A stretch of DNA of 64,000 nucleotides from Pocillopora damicornis (lineage: Eukaryota): assembly GCF_003704095.1 (NCBI RefSeq), contig NW_020847569.1, forward strand, positions 558,001-622,000, read 5' to 3'. The translations under genes were made by a program, and so were the position numbers. Positions 25,266-44,036 of this stretch are shown here, piece after piece. The stretch's first letter is position 1. Each line of letters starts with the position of its first letter. The notes beneath the pieces were generated by a model that worked only from the letters and a program-made list of their open reading frames with translations, was not told the origin of the DNA and searched no databases.

Positions 25266-27361
25266 ATGGCGAGTTTATTGAGAATGGGTGCTTTACCTCG
25301 AATGTACGCTAGAGTTGCCTGTAGATCAATCCAGACGTCAGCAGCCCGTAAATATTATCCAGTTCCAAAGATCAGACCAGAGTACGGGTCTGAACTAGCC
25401 GCGCTGCAAGCCAAGGAACAGGGTCCGTGGACCGAGCTCACAATACAGGAGAAAATCGATTGTGAGTTACTTTATTTAACCGCGTTTACTGATATACATT
25501 TTTTTATTTTCACTCAGAATAATTTGAGATCACTTTAAATATCAGCAGTCGAGTTCTTTTAACATTTTTAGTTCATAGTAAGCCTACTTTCGGTAGGAGT
25601 TAATTTGTACATGTACGTCGTATTGATTCACTTGCTACACTGAAGGTTGGAGATTAACGCGAGTGGGTTGAAAGCAAGTGCATATCTTCTCTGGCAATGA
25701 AGTGAAAGAGAAACAGTAGTGGCGACTGTATTTTGATATGAGTTAATTCCAAAGGGTTCAAGAATGTGATTTTGCCGTTGAATCTCGAGTCATAATTGTA
25801 GTCGTTTAACTGAGCGTTCTACATTGATATATATATATATATGTGGCAACGGTTTGACGGGACAACCACAGTAGGAGTGTGGAAAGGTTGAAATGATATT
25901 CTTGGTCCAAACTAGTGATATGGGCTAGTTGTGGTGAAAGTACACAAAGTTTTAATATTGGTGTGATTGAAAGGAACTGAACTATTACACTTGCACTGAT
26001 TACTTAAGACTGTAATTGTAGACTATACGAGATCTTAAGCATTTAAGGTTTTTTTGTTTGTTAAATCAAATTTTGCGCCTTAATTGTCTTGGTTTTCTTT
26101 TATGCAACGTACTTGTGATTTGGAAGAGGGTAAAAAATTTTAATGTTTCACGAGCTGAAAGCTCTTGATTTTCAAGTATTATACTGCTATAACAACATCC
26201 CTCTGGAATCAGTCTTTCAGAAACTGTGGCTCATTGCATACACATGAATAGTTTTAATTTCGTGTAATAACTATTTGATTTTTCTTAGTCTTTAACTTTT
26301 GCTTTGAAAGTGTGTGATATTAAGGAGGAAGGCAGTAACTGTTCACAAAGATTTATCCACTTGCTCTTTTGCATTTCTAGTGTACAAAGCTCAGTTTCCT
26401 AAAACTATAGCAGAGGAGAAGACAGAGGAGCCTTATGTAAAGAAGATGATTGGATTGCTCTCTATTTTGATGGCTGTTTCAGTTGGTCTTTTTGCATTTC
26501 TAAAAAAATATGGTAAGTGCACTCTTAGCAATTTATTGGGATACTGATTGTGTATTTTCATTTGTCATTGAGATGAATAGCATGTGGTCACAATTAATGA
26601 TATTTTGTCTTGGAAAACTGTTTTTTTTTTATCTGAAGTGTATTTCCAATCCTCAGTTTAAGAGAAAAGGTTAAAAAGTGTGAGAAAAAGTTGTGACATA
26701 GTCATTTCATTTATATTAAACTCTTTGGTAAATTGTGGGCCTAATTTTTATATTTTATGTTCCTGTAATTTTACCTTCCTGGCCTTTACAACTTGTTTTT
26801 AAAAAAAAAGAATTTGTACTTAGGCAAGGCCAAGAAGTGTTTTTTGTTTTAACATAAAAAGATAATAATTGTCTGCATCACAATGAGTAAGGTCTACATG
26901 TATACTCAGGGATGATGTTCACATCTTCATAAGAAGATACCAATCTGAAATACCTCATCTGAATGATCTACCCACATATCACTATAGTTCTCAGGCTTTT
27001 CCTTTTTATCAGTCTACAGTGGCACGAGTTTCGATGCAAACTTGCTGAAACTACCTAATTGTATGAAGTAATTTTGAAACATTCAAATTTGCAAATTGAT
27101 TTGCCTGTTTGATCTCTCTTTTGATCCTAAGCAAAGGAAATCTTCATTCTAAATTGTGTTGGTGTTGTTACTTCCTGCTGTTTAGTGACAGATGCACTTC
27201 CACTATGTGTTTGCTCACTATAATCCTGTAATTTGTGTTTTTCACTAGTTGGTCCAGAGAGGCCTCGTACCCTTACAGAGGAGTGGAGAGCAGATGCCAA
27301 AAAGATAGCAAGACAGCGTAGGGCAAACCCCATCACTGGTGTCAGTTCTAACCAGTCTTAA
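25266..27361 (+). CDS. COX4I1: Cytochrome c oxidase subunit 4, mitochondrial precursor
   Basis: Exons 25266-25461, 26381-26512, 27249-27361. Arg-rich transit peptide, LQAKEQGPWTELTIQEKIDLYKAQFPKT, one TM helix, PRTLTEEW..RANPITGVSS. AATAAA near 27477. Confidence 0.93.
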
Positions 27362-27783
27362 TCGGAATTCAGTGGTTTTTACTCTTGAACTTTGTTGCTA
27401 GCCTGCTAATGAATGTGAAGTGTTCTCAGATTTTGGAATATGGTCTTTTTTGTGTGCTAATTACAGAGTAAATGTAAATAAAAAGACAGTAAAACACCTT
27501 TTTCTTTTAATTCTTTGTGTTTTAGTTCATTCAAAACTTCATACTTGAGCTAAGATCATTCTTGAAATCTTTACTTTGACTTGAAAATTAAGAGATACAG
27601 AAGCAAACCATGCTGAAATAACTACAAATGGACAGTACATGAACTTTTATTCTTCAATCAAATATTAACTGTTTTAATGAAAGAAACTGAAGAAATTTGT
27701 CTATCTTTCTTGCCTTAGATGAAAAACAGTAGCAAAGTTAATTTCAGATTAGGAGAGTTTGAATATACAATTGAGAGAATGTA

Positions 27784-32928
<5,145 letters not shown>

Positions 32929-35900
32929 ATGGATCCCTTTCGTGTTAAGCTGTTGTCTATCTCAAATGGAATCACTGATCGAGAATTCGTTGAGTTGAAG
33001 TTTATGTGCAAGCAGCACATTCCTGTCGGAGTTTTGGAGAGACTTAAAAGGCCACTAGAGTTGTTTGATGAACTTGAAAACAGAAACTTGCTAAATGCGG
33101 AGAACAAGGAATTTCTGGCCGCCATCTTATGTGGAATCAATCGCCTGGAACTGAGAGATGACCTATTGGGTAGGAGTTTTTAGGATCGATACATTTATGT
33201 AGCTTCAATTCACCACAAAATTATAAAACTTATGAAATTGATGGATTCTCCTTTAAGGAGGTATTGATATCAACCGCAGTTTGCTTTAATACGCTCCTTC
33301 CCCCAGTTAAATTCTCACATCGTCATGAATTACGCTTTTTCAGAATACTGTACATGATCTCCATGGAAATGTATCAACAATTTAAATGCATTCTGTAAGC
33401 CTCCTTAGAATATAGAGAACCTTTCCTTTTTCATACTTTGGGTGGCATGGCTCATGGTATTTCTCTGGCTGTGGTCCAAAAATTCGACCTGGATTTATTC
33501 ATATCTTGAACTTTAATTAGCATATAGGAACATCTGAGATTTTACTGATTCAGTGGTAGCTTTTTTGATACAATATTGACAGAACACAGTCATCTAGAAT
33601 TAAAATAGTGTTTGTGTAATGTATAATTGATTTTGATATCATTTGCAGATCAAGCCAGTGAAAGAAAAGTTTCATCTCCATTGAATACATTTCAAGAATC
33701 TTTATGTGACCTATACAAGAATGTGATTGGATGGCTACAGCCTCTTGCATGGAATAAGTCATTTCATATTCACATCAAACACATCTATACCAATCTCCAG
33801 ATGATCACAGAGACTCATCAAGGGAGAACCATTAAAAAGGAGCCCTTGAACTCGTATGTTGAGGTCTTTCAACAGCGCTCACCTTTCACCAAGCAAAAAC
33901 GTATCCTTATTGAAGGACAAGCTGGTGTGGGAAAGAGTACGTTTTTGTCACTGATAGTGTACGACTGGGCTTGTGGAAATCCCAATTTACAGCAATTCAA
34001 GCTTATCCTTTTTATGGAACTGAAGCAGATGAAAGGAAATCTGAAGAGTGACCTTTTTGAGTTTCTCTTTCCAAGAGATTTCCCTTACTCTGCTGATTAT
34101 CTCTTCCAGTATATCTCTGCCAACCAAGAAGATGTTCTTTTAATTTTAGATGGTTATGATGAAGTCAATCCTGTACAACTGAAGGATATTGAAGATCTCA
34201 TCATGGGCAAGATATTCAGAAATTGTACTGTCATTGTGACGTCACGGCCAGGTAAAGGTGCCCGTGTACACTGGTTCATGGATTCTCGTATTGAGATCAC
34301 TGGTTTCACAAGTGAGAACATTCATGAATTTGTTCTCAAGTACTTTCAAGATGATGTACCAATGGCTGAGAGTTTGATAGCACAACTTGAAATGCATCCT
34401 GTTGCTGAGAACATTGCCAGAATTCCTCTTACAGCAATGCTCATCTGTGCAATGTGGGAGGAGATGCCTCAAGCAGCTCTGCTTTCATCAATGACAACTC
34501 TTTTCACTGAACTCACTCTTTTGCTTGTGAAGAGATATTATGCTAGACAATCTGGTCAGAACAGCATTGATCCTGGTGATATCTCCACCCTAGAAGATAT
34601 TCCAGATGATCTATTCCAGAGCCTTTTATCACTGGGGGAAATTTCACTCAATGGATTGCTGAATGATCAGTTACTTTTTGACGTACAGGAACTTGAGAGA
34701 AAGTGCACCTACAAAGGTGTTTTAGACATTGGTTTCCTATCAAAGGAGTTGGGAGCTTCAAGGCTTAAACCCGTTGAGAAGTGTCGGTTTTCACACAGAT
34801 CCTATCAAGAATTTCTTGCAGCCCTGTGGTTGAGCAACAAGATCAAGCACGCTTTCACAGACAGATCTGTCTTTGATTTTGTCAGTGTTTACATCATGAA
34901 CTGCCTGTCCTCAGGATTAAATTCTGTTCTCTTTCTTTTCACACCTGGGCTATTAGGAGATGCCTTTCCACCTGTGCTGGAGCTTCTTTTGCAGGAAGGT
35001 GCTGCTGAGGTTGAAGAAGATGTAAGCCTTGCACAGTTGTTCTTTGAAGTTTGTATTCTCGCCTTATATGAATCAAACCAGGGACAATTGGCCTATAAAC
35101 TGGGGTCACAAATGCCCCCAGGTGTGGCAGCACTACATCATTTAAATGCAACCCCATACAAAGTTAGGGCTCTGGTTTTTTTTCTGTTGAATGTCCAAAC
35201 AGTGAAGTCTCTACTGATAGAGCACAGTCAAGTAGGAAAGCAAGCTCTACAAGTACTTGCAAGGTTCCTACCTGAAATGGTCTCAGTCCAAGAGGTAAAC
35301 CTGCAGTCAAACATGATCACTGATGGTAATTTGATTGCTTTTACAAAGTCACTCTCTCATGTGCCTCATCTGGAAAGGTTATCACTTGCAAACAACTGCA
35401 TCACAGATCATGGTTTGGGGTTTCTAATCTCAGCTTTTAAAGATCTTCCAAATTTGGAACACTTGGATCTCCATGGCAACAAGCTCTCTGATGCAGGTTT
35501 TGGATTGGTAGCTCCAGCACTCTCACTCCTACCAAAGCTAAAAGAGCTGCGGCTCGGTTGTCCTGTGGTATCTGGGACAGAAGAAATGCCACAAGGTATA
35601 GGTATACTGGTATTTCTATTTGCATCAAAGCATTGTGAGTTCTTTTAAGCTGTTTATACTGTTTTCACTCCCAAATCAAGTTTCCAATCTCAAGAACATT
35701 CAATACACTCAGGGCTTTTTGAAGCAAGAATAGTAGAGGCAATGGTAATGACAGCTTTGCCAGGTTAAGTTTGCCACCAGTTTGACATTAGTGGTGGGCA
35801 AAGGATGTGGTTTAAAGGAATGGCTATGGGAAGTTGAAAATTAAAAAAAAATCCTAAGCAGAATCACTCAGAATGGCATCCACTCAGAATGGATAAATTT

Positions 35901-36910
35901 CAGTCAAAATCCTTACACTTTAAAAATGTCCAAAATGGATATATTTTAACTTTAAATGTTTTCAGGTTATAATCAATTCAGATTGGTCTAGTGTGTGCTT
36001 TCCTTTGTTTAAGGATAATGGTAAGGTATCTAGAACAAAGAGAAATAACCAGTCAGCTAGTCTGAACCTATCTTAAAACATGAAGTGTAAATCAATCACA
36101 GTGGAGAATGGCACTCCATAGTTTGTTCCATAACTAGTTGACCTAATCACTTGAAGAACAAAAGCAGTTTGCAGCCCACATCACAAGTGATTACAATATG
36201 AGACGGACCATATTACTTCACTTCTATATGCTTTTTGTGTTAAATGTCTTCTTTCAGGTGAAGAAAGGAGTTCACCCAAAGTGTTGTCTGAGACAGTGTT
36301 TAATTCCCTGATGGAGGCTGTCCATTCTCATGCAACGCTACAAGAAGTCAGGTGAGTGCTTCTTTAAACTAGTTTTTTAAGGTTGAGTGGAGGGACAAGA
36401 CTGGTGAGCCCATAGCAAACAAAAATGGGTTTCATAACAAATAGCTCATATTTTGATATAATTTTTAGCCTTCAATAAAATTTCATGACATCTTCCAAAA
36501 AAAAAATGTGGAGAGAAAAGATATACTTGTCGCCTGGAAGGGTAAAGTCTTGATGTAAGACCACGAAAACAAATTCTCTCATTTAAAGTGATTCATAAGG
36601 AAATGTAAAGCACATGCAAGTGAGAATTTTGAAAACAGCCATTGGAAGTAAAAGATAAAATCGTTTTCTGTTTTAGCAGGGCACCTTCTTCTAACCTTTC
36701 CTACCGGGAGTATTTTGGTGTCCTTGAGAGTTTTGTTCCATCATTGAATTTGATATCACAAACACAATTTAAAAAAGTATGAATAATAGAAACGTTGTTA
36801 GTCATGTGGTTATGTAACATTAATGATTTGTTTCTGTTCTTAGCTTGGACACAAAAGCCCTGCCATTGGGGCTGGATTGTTTAATGTTTGACAGGCTCAA
36901 GATTTCCTGA
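32929..36910 (+). CDS. NOD-like receptor with DED-NACHT-LRR architecture (~780 aa)
   Basis: Exon 1 32929-33169 encodes a FADD-like death effector domain and splices in phase 1 to exon 2 33649-35595: NACHT Walker A GQAGVGKST, Walker B LLILDGYDE, sensor-1 VIVTSR, IPLTAMLICAMW, winged-helix FSHRSYQEFLAA, then RI-type LRRs (LERLSLANNCITD, LEHLDLHGNKLSD). Exon 3 36258-36351, exon 4 36844-36910 (TGA). Confidence 0.9.
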
Positions 36911-39484
36911 ATTATTGTTGAAGAAATCTTCAACACATTTAATCTTCAACAAATACCTCCAAATATGCAAAAGATTTGTCATAGCAGTGGTTCCATTGAG
37001 CATTCATATGAAACTAGGATAAGGAGTTTGCCCCTGGTTGAAATGAAACGAGGAACTGTTTTTTTTTATAACTTGATTGAATTAAAAGATTATAGTTGGA
37101 CAGAAACTTAATAATGTATAGTAAAGTCACTCTTCCTCTCTTACTAGTTATTCTCATTTTTTTTTTTTAACATCTGTACAAAGTTTTTTTTAATGGTGGC
37201 AAGTGGGAGTTAAAAATGAGGGGGGTAGGGGGGGGGATTTTTTTTTCACACTACTCCCTTCATGAAAAAATTGCACTTCACTCCAGCCTCTTGCTTGCCT
37301 CCATTTGCCAATAAAATGCAAAAAAAACAAAAAACAAAAAAAAAAAAACGACAACCCGTTCTGCAGGCTATTACTATTTTTAATTGTTTTCCTAAATGGA
37401 AAATTGATTGAATTTCATTACCATAGTAATTTTATTAATTGTGTTGTAATATATAGATTTAGCCAAGCCTAAAAGCGGAGTGATTCTTGTTCCATTTCAG
37501 CTGTAAGAATCTTTGCGCCAACTTAGGAATTTACCGAAACACATTCCATTTCTGATGGTCTGGTTTCAGATTGATTATATTATCGCGCAGTTTGGAATAA
37601 TTGCGACAGGTTATTAAAAGAAAAACATGAAAGAAATTTACACTGAGAAGTTACTGAGTAATGAGTTGGGTGCTGGTCAATACAATAACGATACGAAATG
37701 CGAGTACGATTCACCTTATCACTTCATCAATAAATAGAGGCTTTTTTTCTGGCAGTGATCTTCTCTCCTAGCCCGTTTCACCTTCCTTTCCACAGGAATA
37801 CCAGGGGTTCTCTAAGTAAATAAGTCTTGAGTTGCATTTGGTTTCGTTCTGTGATTAATCAGGAAATCCCGAGCCACAATAGTGACCAGACCAAGGTAAA
37901 ACAATCAAGTCCTGACTTAAGAGAAATTTGCAATTGAGTATAGGAAATAATCGGAAAATTATATTGGTTTTGGTTTACTTCGCCATGTGATTACGCCTCT
38001 CTCTCAACCAACCAAATGCAAAGCCAAACCGATCACGCCTTAAACACTCGCGTTTTCCCGCGCTTTAGGAAGTTTAGTCGGTTTTTCTTCTTGGCTCTTA
38101 ATGTTTTTTTCCGTTCTTCGGATTGGTATTTGTGACAACTTTGGTTTTGGTTTTGCGGCACCTAATCGAAGAATGGTCTATTACTCGTCATCAAAAAGAG
38201 GTTGCACGTTTTTTCTCTGGATGTTCTTTGGCTCCTCGGGATTCATCTGATTTGATTATTTTGGTTTTTTTTTTCACTAGCGAGTGTTTCTCGAAATGTT
38301 TTCTTATCTCGATGCAGTCTTCCACCGTCTTCGAATAACAAGCAGATGGGGACTGGGAATTGACGCGTTTGAATGCAGATGAAGCCCTTTTACCTGATGG
38401 AGTTGCCAGGAAACGCAGCGATTCAGGATGTTTCAGTCTTCTTATCAGTAGAAACATGAATAGACAGGGGTACAAAGAAAAATGGATTTAAAGAAGTTAA
38501 GGCAAAAAGATCACCTTGTACCCCTTAACTTCTTAGAATTTTGCTAAAACCAAGCAGGCAATTTTGCAAAAAGCGTAATGAACATTTTTGCGACGGCAAT
38601 TAATTAATTTGCCTTCGCAATACTTTAGAGTCGAAAATGAACCACTTAGCTGTTCGTCAAACGTGTAATTTACTTCACTAAAAGCAATTTTTTTTGCCGT
38701 CTGCCTCTTTGTAGTACACCAATTTCGAACATTTAAAAAAAAAAGCACCAAAGATTTAAATCTGTCAATCATTTTTCTTTTGTCTTACCGAAAAAAGAAG
38801 GCCATTTTTTTAATGCGCGGTTAATCAAAAGACTGCTTACATATCTTGACAAGAAGGAACAGAACGTATTATCGTGTTCTGAAGAGCGTGTAGACTTAAC
38901 TCAGAAGCAGATAAGACTTTAACAAATACATTTTTTCTGTGCTCAAATGCAGCTGCGAAATTTTCGAGCTAATTTGAATTTAGCTGACTAGCAAAAACGA
39001 CGTGCGATAATTCATATTTGTTTAACTGGTGACAGTGTGTCACTCGGAGATCGCATACATGACAACAACATTGCATCTATGCACGCCATCCCCATGGAAC
39101 TGAGTCAAAAATAAATCAACTAACAAATTACATCCCTACCCCTGTGATTACAAAAATTTACCTAGTGTCAAATTCTAATTTGAAGATCTGTATCGTAAAT
39201 TTTTCGTCTTACCTTATTCAATGAGAGATAGTCCAACTGCAAAGAAAAGTAAGCGTGCTTATGTTCAGGTGAATAATAAAAACCGAATTTAAATATCCGT
39301 TTCATTCTATGACTAATGAAATATTTATAAAAACTGCAATTATGAATTTTCTGTACTGTCAGTTATAACCGTGATAATGGCTTGTATGCCTCTCCAGTGG
39401 CTTCAAGACGACAACAACTCATGTTATCAACATTTAACCACATTATTTTTGGGCACAGAGGACTTTTTACCCTTTCTTTGAAAG

Positions 39485-40312
39485 ATGATGGAAGCAAAAC
39501 TTATTGTACTCGCGGTTGTCAATTCCTTACTCAGTGCATTTGGAAGTTTCATGAATTTAGTGGTTGCTTTTGTCATTGTTAACAATCGAAACCTGCAGAA
39601 AGGGCTAAATCTTCTGATCTTGAGCCTTTGTGTAGCAGACTTCATGAACTGTGCAATTTCGCAACCGATATATGTGTACGCTGTTCTAAACCTTGGTGAG
39701 ACAAGCCTAACGTTTATGAAGACCTTTACGATGGTCGCTGTTATCACTCTACACGCTTCCACCATGAATCTACTGGCCATGACAATCCACCGAATGAGAG
39801 CGCTTTCCCGCCCTTTTTCGTATCTTTTTCTGTCGAGGCAGCAAGTTGTAATCGCAGTCACCCTGGTTTGGGTAATGTCGGTTCTGGTGGGTGTGTTTTT
39901 CGCAACTGATACTGGCAAACTTGTCGCGGCGTATTTTCATTTGGCAATGACATTAGCGTGGATTGCTGGCTATGTCGGCCTCTTTTGTTTGGTTAAAAGG
40001 CATAGGGCGAAGATAGTTGCATTGGAAGGTTCACCCACAACACAGTTGCAAACTGCTAGTCTCGAATATGAGAGCGAATCCGTAAAAACCTCGGCCATTT
40101 TAGTAGCTTCCTCGCTGATTTGTTTCTTCCCGGATATTGTGTTGGATTTCATGGGACGCGCAGACGAGAGCAGAATGGATTGGGGATTCACCATTTTGTT
40201 CCTGAGCTCATCTTTAAATCCTTGCTTAATCATTTGGCGCAGCCACCAGTTTCAGGCCGTACTTACCAAGATGGTGCGAGACATTCGGCAGTGGCAAGGT
40301 TTTCAACGGTAA
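39485..40312 (+). CDS. Intronless class A (rhodopsin-like) orphan GPCR
   Basis: 275-aa ORF with seven hydrophobic segments: TM1 GSFMN, TM2 LSLCVAD, TM3 end IHRM, TM4 W, TM6 CFFP, TM7 LNPCLI, helix 8 FQAVL. Confidence 0.88.
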   Translation: MMEAKLIVLAVVNSLLSAFGSFMNLVVAFVIVNNRNLQKGLNLLILSLCVADFMNCAISQPIYVYAVLNLGETSLTFMKTFTMVAVITLHASTMNLLAMTIHRMRALSRPFSYLFLSRQQVVIAVTLVWVMSVLVGVFFATDTGKLVAAYFHLAMTLAWIAGYVGLFCLVKRHRAKIVALEGSPTTQLQTASLEYESESVKTSAILVASSLICFFPDIVLDFMGRADESRMDWGFTILFLSSSLNPCLIIWRSHQFQAVLTKMVRDIRQWQGFQR

Positions 40313-41679
40313 ACTGGAGTGCATCGTTTGTGAAGCTTCTATCAAATGGTCCTTGCAAATAAGTCGACGCTCTGTATTTAGTAACAACACTTAAGCTGAA
40401 AGCTTTGCTTGTAACTGTTGAAGGTATCTGTGATAACTCCCCTGGAAAAAAGAGACAGAAAGAAATGACAGAAATAATCTCTAAAGCGTCTGTTTGATCA
40501 CGGTAGTTTTTTGTTTGTGATGAGCTGTCTACCTGAGCAGTCGTCGTGTTAAATGTTCGATTTATAGAATACTGTTAAAATAGAAAATGGAAAACTTTAT
40601 TTTAAATTGATCAGTACGCCTTTGTTACTCAGATGGTTAGAATAAAAATTAATTGAGTGATTTAGCTATTTTAGAATTGATGGAAAGAGGAAATAAACTT
40701 TATTTCATTAGAGCGAACTATTCTCAAAAATAATTTTTCCTAGACTGGAATTTCACATCGTTATTAATTTGTGCAAAATGCGAAAAGCACGTCGAGCCTC
40801 TTAAAATATCATATGTAAATATTTGTTTAAAAAAAAAATGGTTTCTAAAACACGTTGTTTAGTTTTTTCCCTGAACGAACCGATGGTATGTAATGGTTTC
40901 TCAAAAGAATCTGAAAATATATGACGATGAAAAAAGAAAAGGTCGCCCGTTTCCGTGTAAAGAAGATAAAAGTTTTAAGCATAAGGAAAATAACAAGAGA
41001 ATATCAACTGTTTATAATCTCTTGGAAAATAACTACCATTTGTTTGAAGGTTGAGACGCGTCGCTCATGCAAGCTCTCAGTCGCACGCACATCATGAAAG
41101 GCATCCATTTGTCTGTCCTGATTCATGGAGCTTGCTCCTTTTTTTTTTCTCGTGTTCCTCAATTTGAACGAGCTGCAGAGGACAGAGTGACCTCCGCGAA
41201 GATTTGGGAGAAAAAAAGAAGAAGAAGAAAGGCAAAGAAAAGCCTTGATGTTGAGATATCATCTGTGTCGATTCCAACTTACGCCCAGAATACTTCATTT
41301 TCGACTCAGAATTTTTTGAGCCTTAGAAACTGAGCTATCTTCGATTTCTTAGTTGTTATATTCTCCGAAAAAAAGGATAAAATATGAACATTAATGATAA
41401 TCAATAATTCAAAAAGGCTCTTAAACAATTTACTGTATGCTGCAGCTGCTGAATTTAAGACAGAGTGGCAGGTTTGTTTTTAAGTCCCTCCAATCATGTG
41501 ATAGTTTGCAATATGTTTGCTCTGAACATTTTAAAAATCGTACTTTTATTTTTATTTTTATTCAAATGTTTAATGAAGTAGCAGCCTCCTGAAGATAAAC
41601 ATTTACGTTCTTTCGCCGCTTCTTAGTCGCCTAAATTATTTGGAAAAAAAAAAGATATAGTCAAAGATGTAGGACCTAC

Positions 41680-41891
41680 TGAACCGTTTATTCCCTAACA
41701 TCAGTATCCATATTCTCCGTACTATTCACTATACATTTCCCAAGGTGCTGATAAAGAGAATTTGTTTAGTAATCAACAGCTGCTCTAGTTGGTGATCATT
41801 TCCTCTATTCTCATGACCTTAATGTTTGATTTAAGGGTGATATTGTCAGGAGAAATTAGATGCTGGTCACTCTCAGGGGTTAAAGGGTTAA
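41680..41891. mobile_element. TTAA-type MITE copy (second subfamily)
   Basis: tgaaccgttta..catattctccgtact..tggtcactctcaggggttaaagggttaa; similar to the reverse complement of 62227-62439 and to ~20125-20333 and 45168-45316. Confidence 0.7.
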
Positions 41892-44036
41892 AGACATAAA
41901 GAAATAAAAGGATTGCTTTGATTGGAGTTTGATGGTTACTGGGAGGGGAGGGGGGGAACTGAATTGCACCTTTTCAAGCAGTGACTTGGTACGTTGCTAA
42001 GAAACGCCTTGATGTTTGATATGCTTGTTTGAGGCTTATATAAAGTTAATGAGAAAAGACAGGTCAAGATGCGAGTTGTTTTAAAACATATTGCAACAAT
42101 ATTAATTAAAGCTTAAAAATGATCGTTCCAAAAAGAAATTGATTGAAGATTTCGCTCTCTTCTATCAAAAACGGAAGGAAGAGTCAAAGACCTTACATAA
42201 CTTAGAGTTATTTATAATCAGTCAACGCCGCTAGATTATAATTTTATGTAGTTTACGTATCAATATTCTTAAGCATTCTGATAACCGTTCCAAAGCTGTA
42301 AGGCGCTAAACGATTGAATGTTCTAAAACGCAAATGAAAGTAAGAACGACGGTCAATCAAGTCGTACTAGAGATCTCAGGGAGCCAATGAGGGCAGTGAA
42401 CACATGATAATGGTCTTGTATTTGATTGGTGCAGAGCAGGTGATTAATGGCCGTGCAAAACTCTTCAGATCAATCACAGCATTAGGAAGAGCAAAACCAA
42501 TGCAATCCTGAATCACCATCGACCCTCGGTTGCATTTACTTCAATTCGCTTACATAATAGTACTTGTATTGTCTCATGTTTCCAAATATGCAACTTCGAA
42601 CTTTGTTAGGGGATGCTAAGCATTTTGGACCCTGGTTGCGATTCTATTTTGTACATCTCTTATTTAGAAATAAAATCTTCTCCGTTGAGCTTTAGCTCTT
42701 TTGTGAGTCGTGACGTCGTGACGCCCATAGAAACACTCCTTTCCAGACTTAGCGCGCCAAAAAGGGAAGGGACGCTAAAGGACCAAGCCTTTCGAAAGAT
42801 AAGCTGGGTATCCGTTCATCAATAAATTTTAATAAATTAAATGATTAAATAAACTCAGCAAGCCCGCGATGCCCCGTCCTTACGGTGACTTTTCCTCGGA
42901 TTTCAAACGTGTACATTAGTGGCAATTTTTTTTACTCCTTTCTTTGTGAAAATTATAGTGTAACCCCGCCGGCTGTGCCATGCTGACGAGTCTGTCGACC
43001 GGCACTTGCACTGAGCTGTCCATAGCTTCAGACCCACATTTGAAAACTATAGTAAAAAAGATTTTTACAATGCCATTTTTGTTACTGGGTTCAAATGAGC
43101 CAAAACAAACCAATCACATGATGGGAACAGAACAGTGACCCCAAATGAATTCAGTTGCGGCAATCAGCGCTTAGGGAAAAAAAAAAAAACAAGTAAAGGT
43201 GACGTATCAGAAAACGCATTATAATCTTCCTTGATTTGACGACCGGTTTTTTTTTGGTCCTTCTTTTTCTTTGAAAAAAATATCTGAAAGAGGGGCACCT
43301 TAACGTCAATTTATTTTTATCTATATTCTAATTTTAACAAAAGGTGCTCTCAGTTTGTTCCATTCTGTGCGTCAACTCATTGCATTTAATTTAAAGTGAC
43401 GTTAGCAGGTAAGCTAAATATTTACACAAGGAATATTTAGTCGATCTTAACGTGACGTGTATTTTAATTCCTGACAGTTCGCTGTTGAAATGTCGGAAAC
43501 TCTTTTTATCAAAGAAATCATCGTAGCGTTTAATGTTGCACAGCCTTTATTGAAGATAGATGTGAATTTGTTCTAAGAAAAATTTCTTCCACGTGGCCAT
43601 ATGTGAGCGAGTTAGGCTCATCCGTTGGCCAGTGGTTCACAAAAAACATATATAATCAAGTACCGCTTCAATTTTTACTCGCTTCTTATTTTGACAATAT
43701 TTACTTGCGATTTTCGAATAGTGATCAACCTACAATAAAGAATCTATTCCTATAAAGGAAAAAATTGTGTAATACAAGTTTTTTTTAATCTACCTTTTTT
43801 TTCGCTACAATTAAAAATACAGAAATTTATGTTCTAATTACCTTTTTTGCCAATGAAGCTGCAATCGGTCTAATTTTTATCATGAATTCTAAAAGTTAGA
43901 TCTGCATATATTTGAGACAACCGGTGTTCGAGGTACGAATCAATTTTTTTAAACTTTATTTCGGCCCTCTGCGGAAAGAATTAATTAAACAGAGATTTTC
44001 TTGTAAAGAAAGGCTACTGTTCCCTAATGGCCCATC

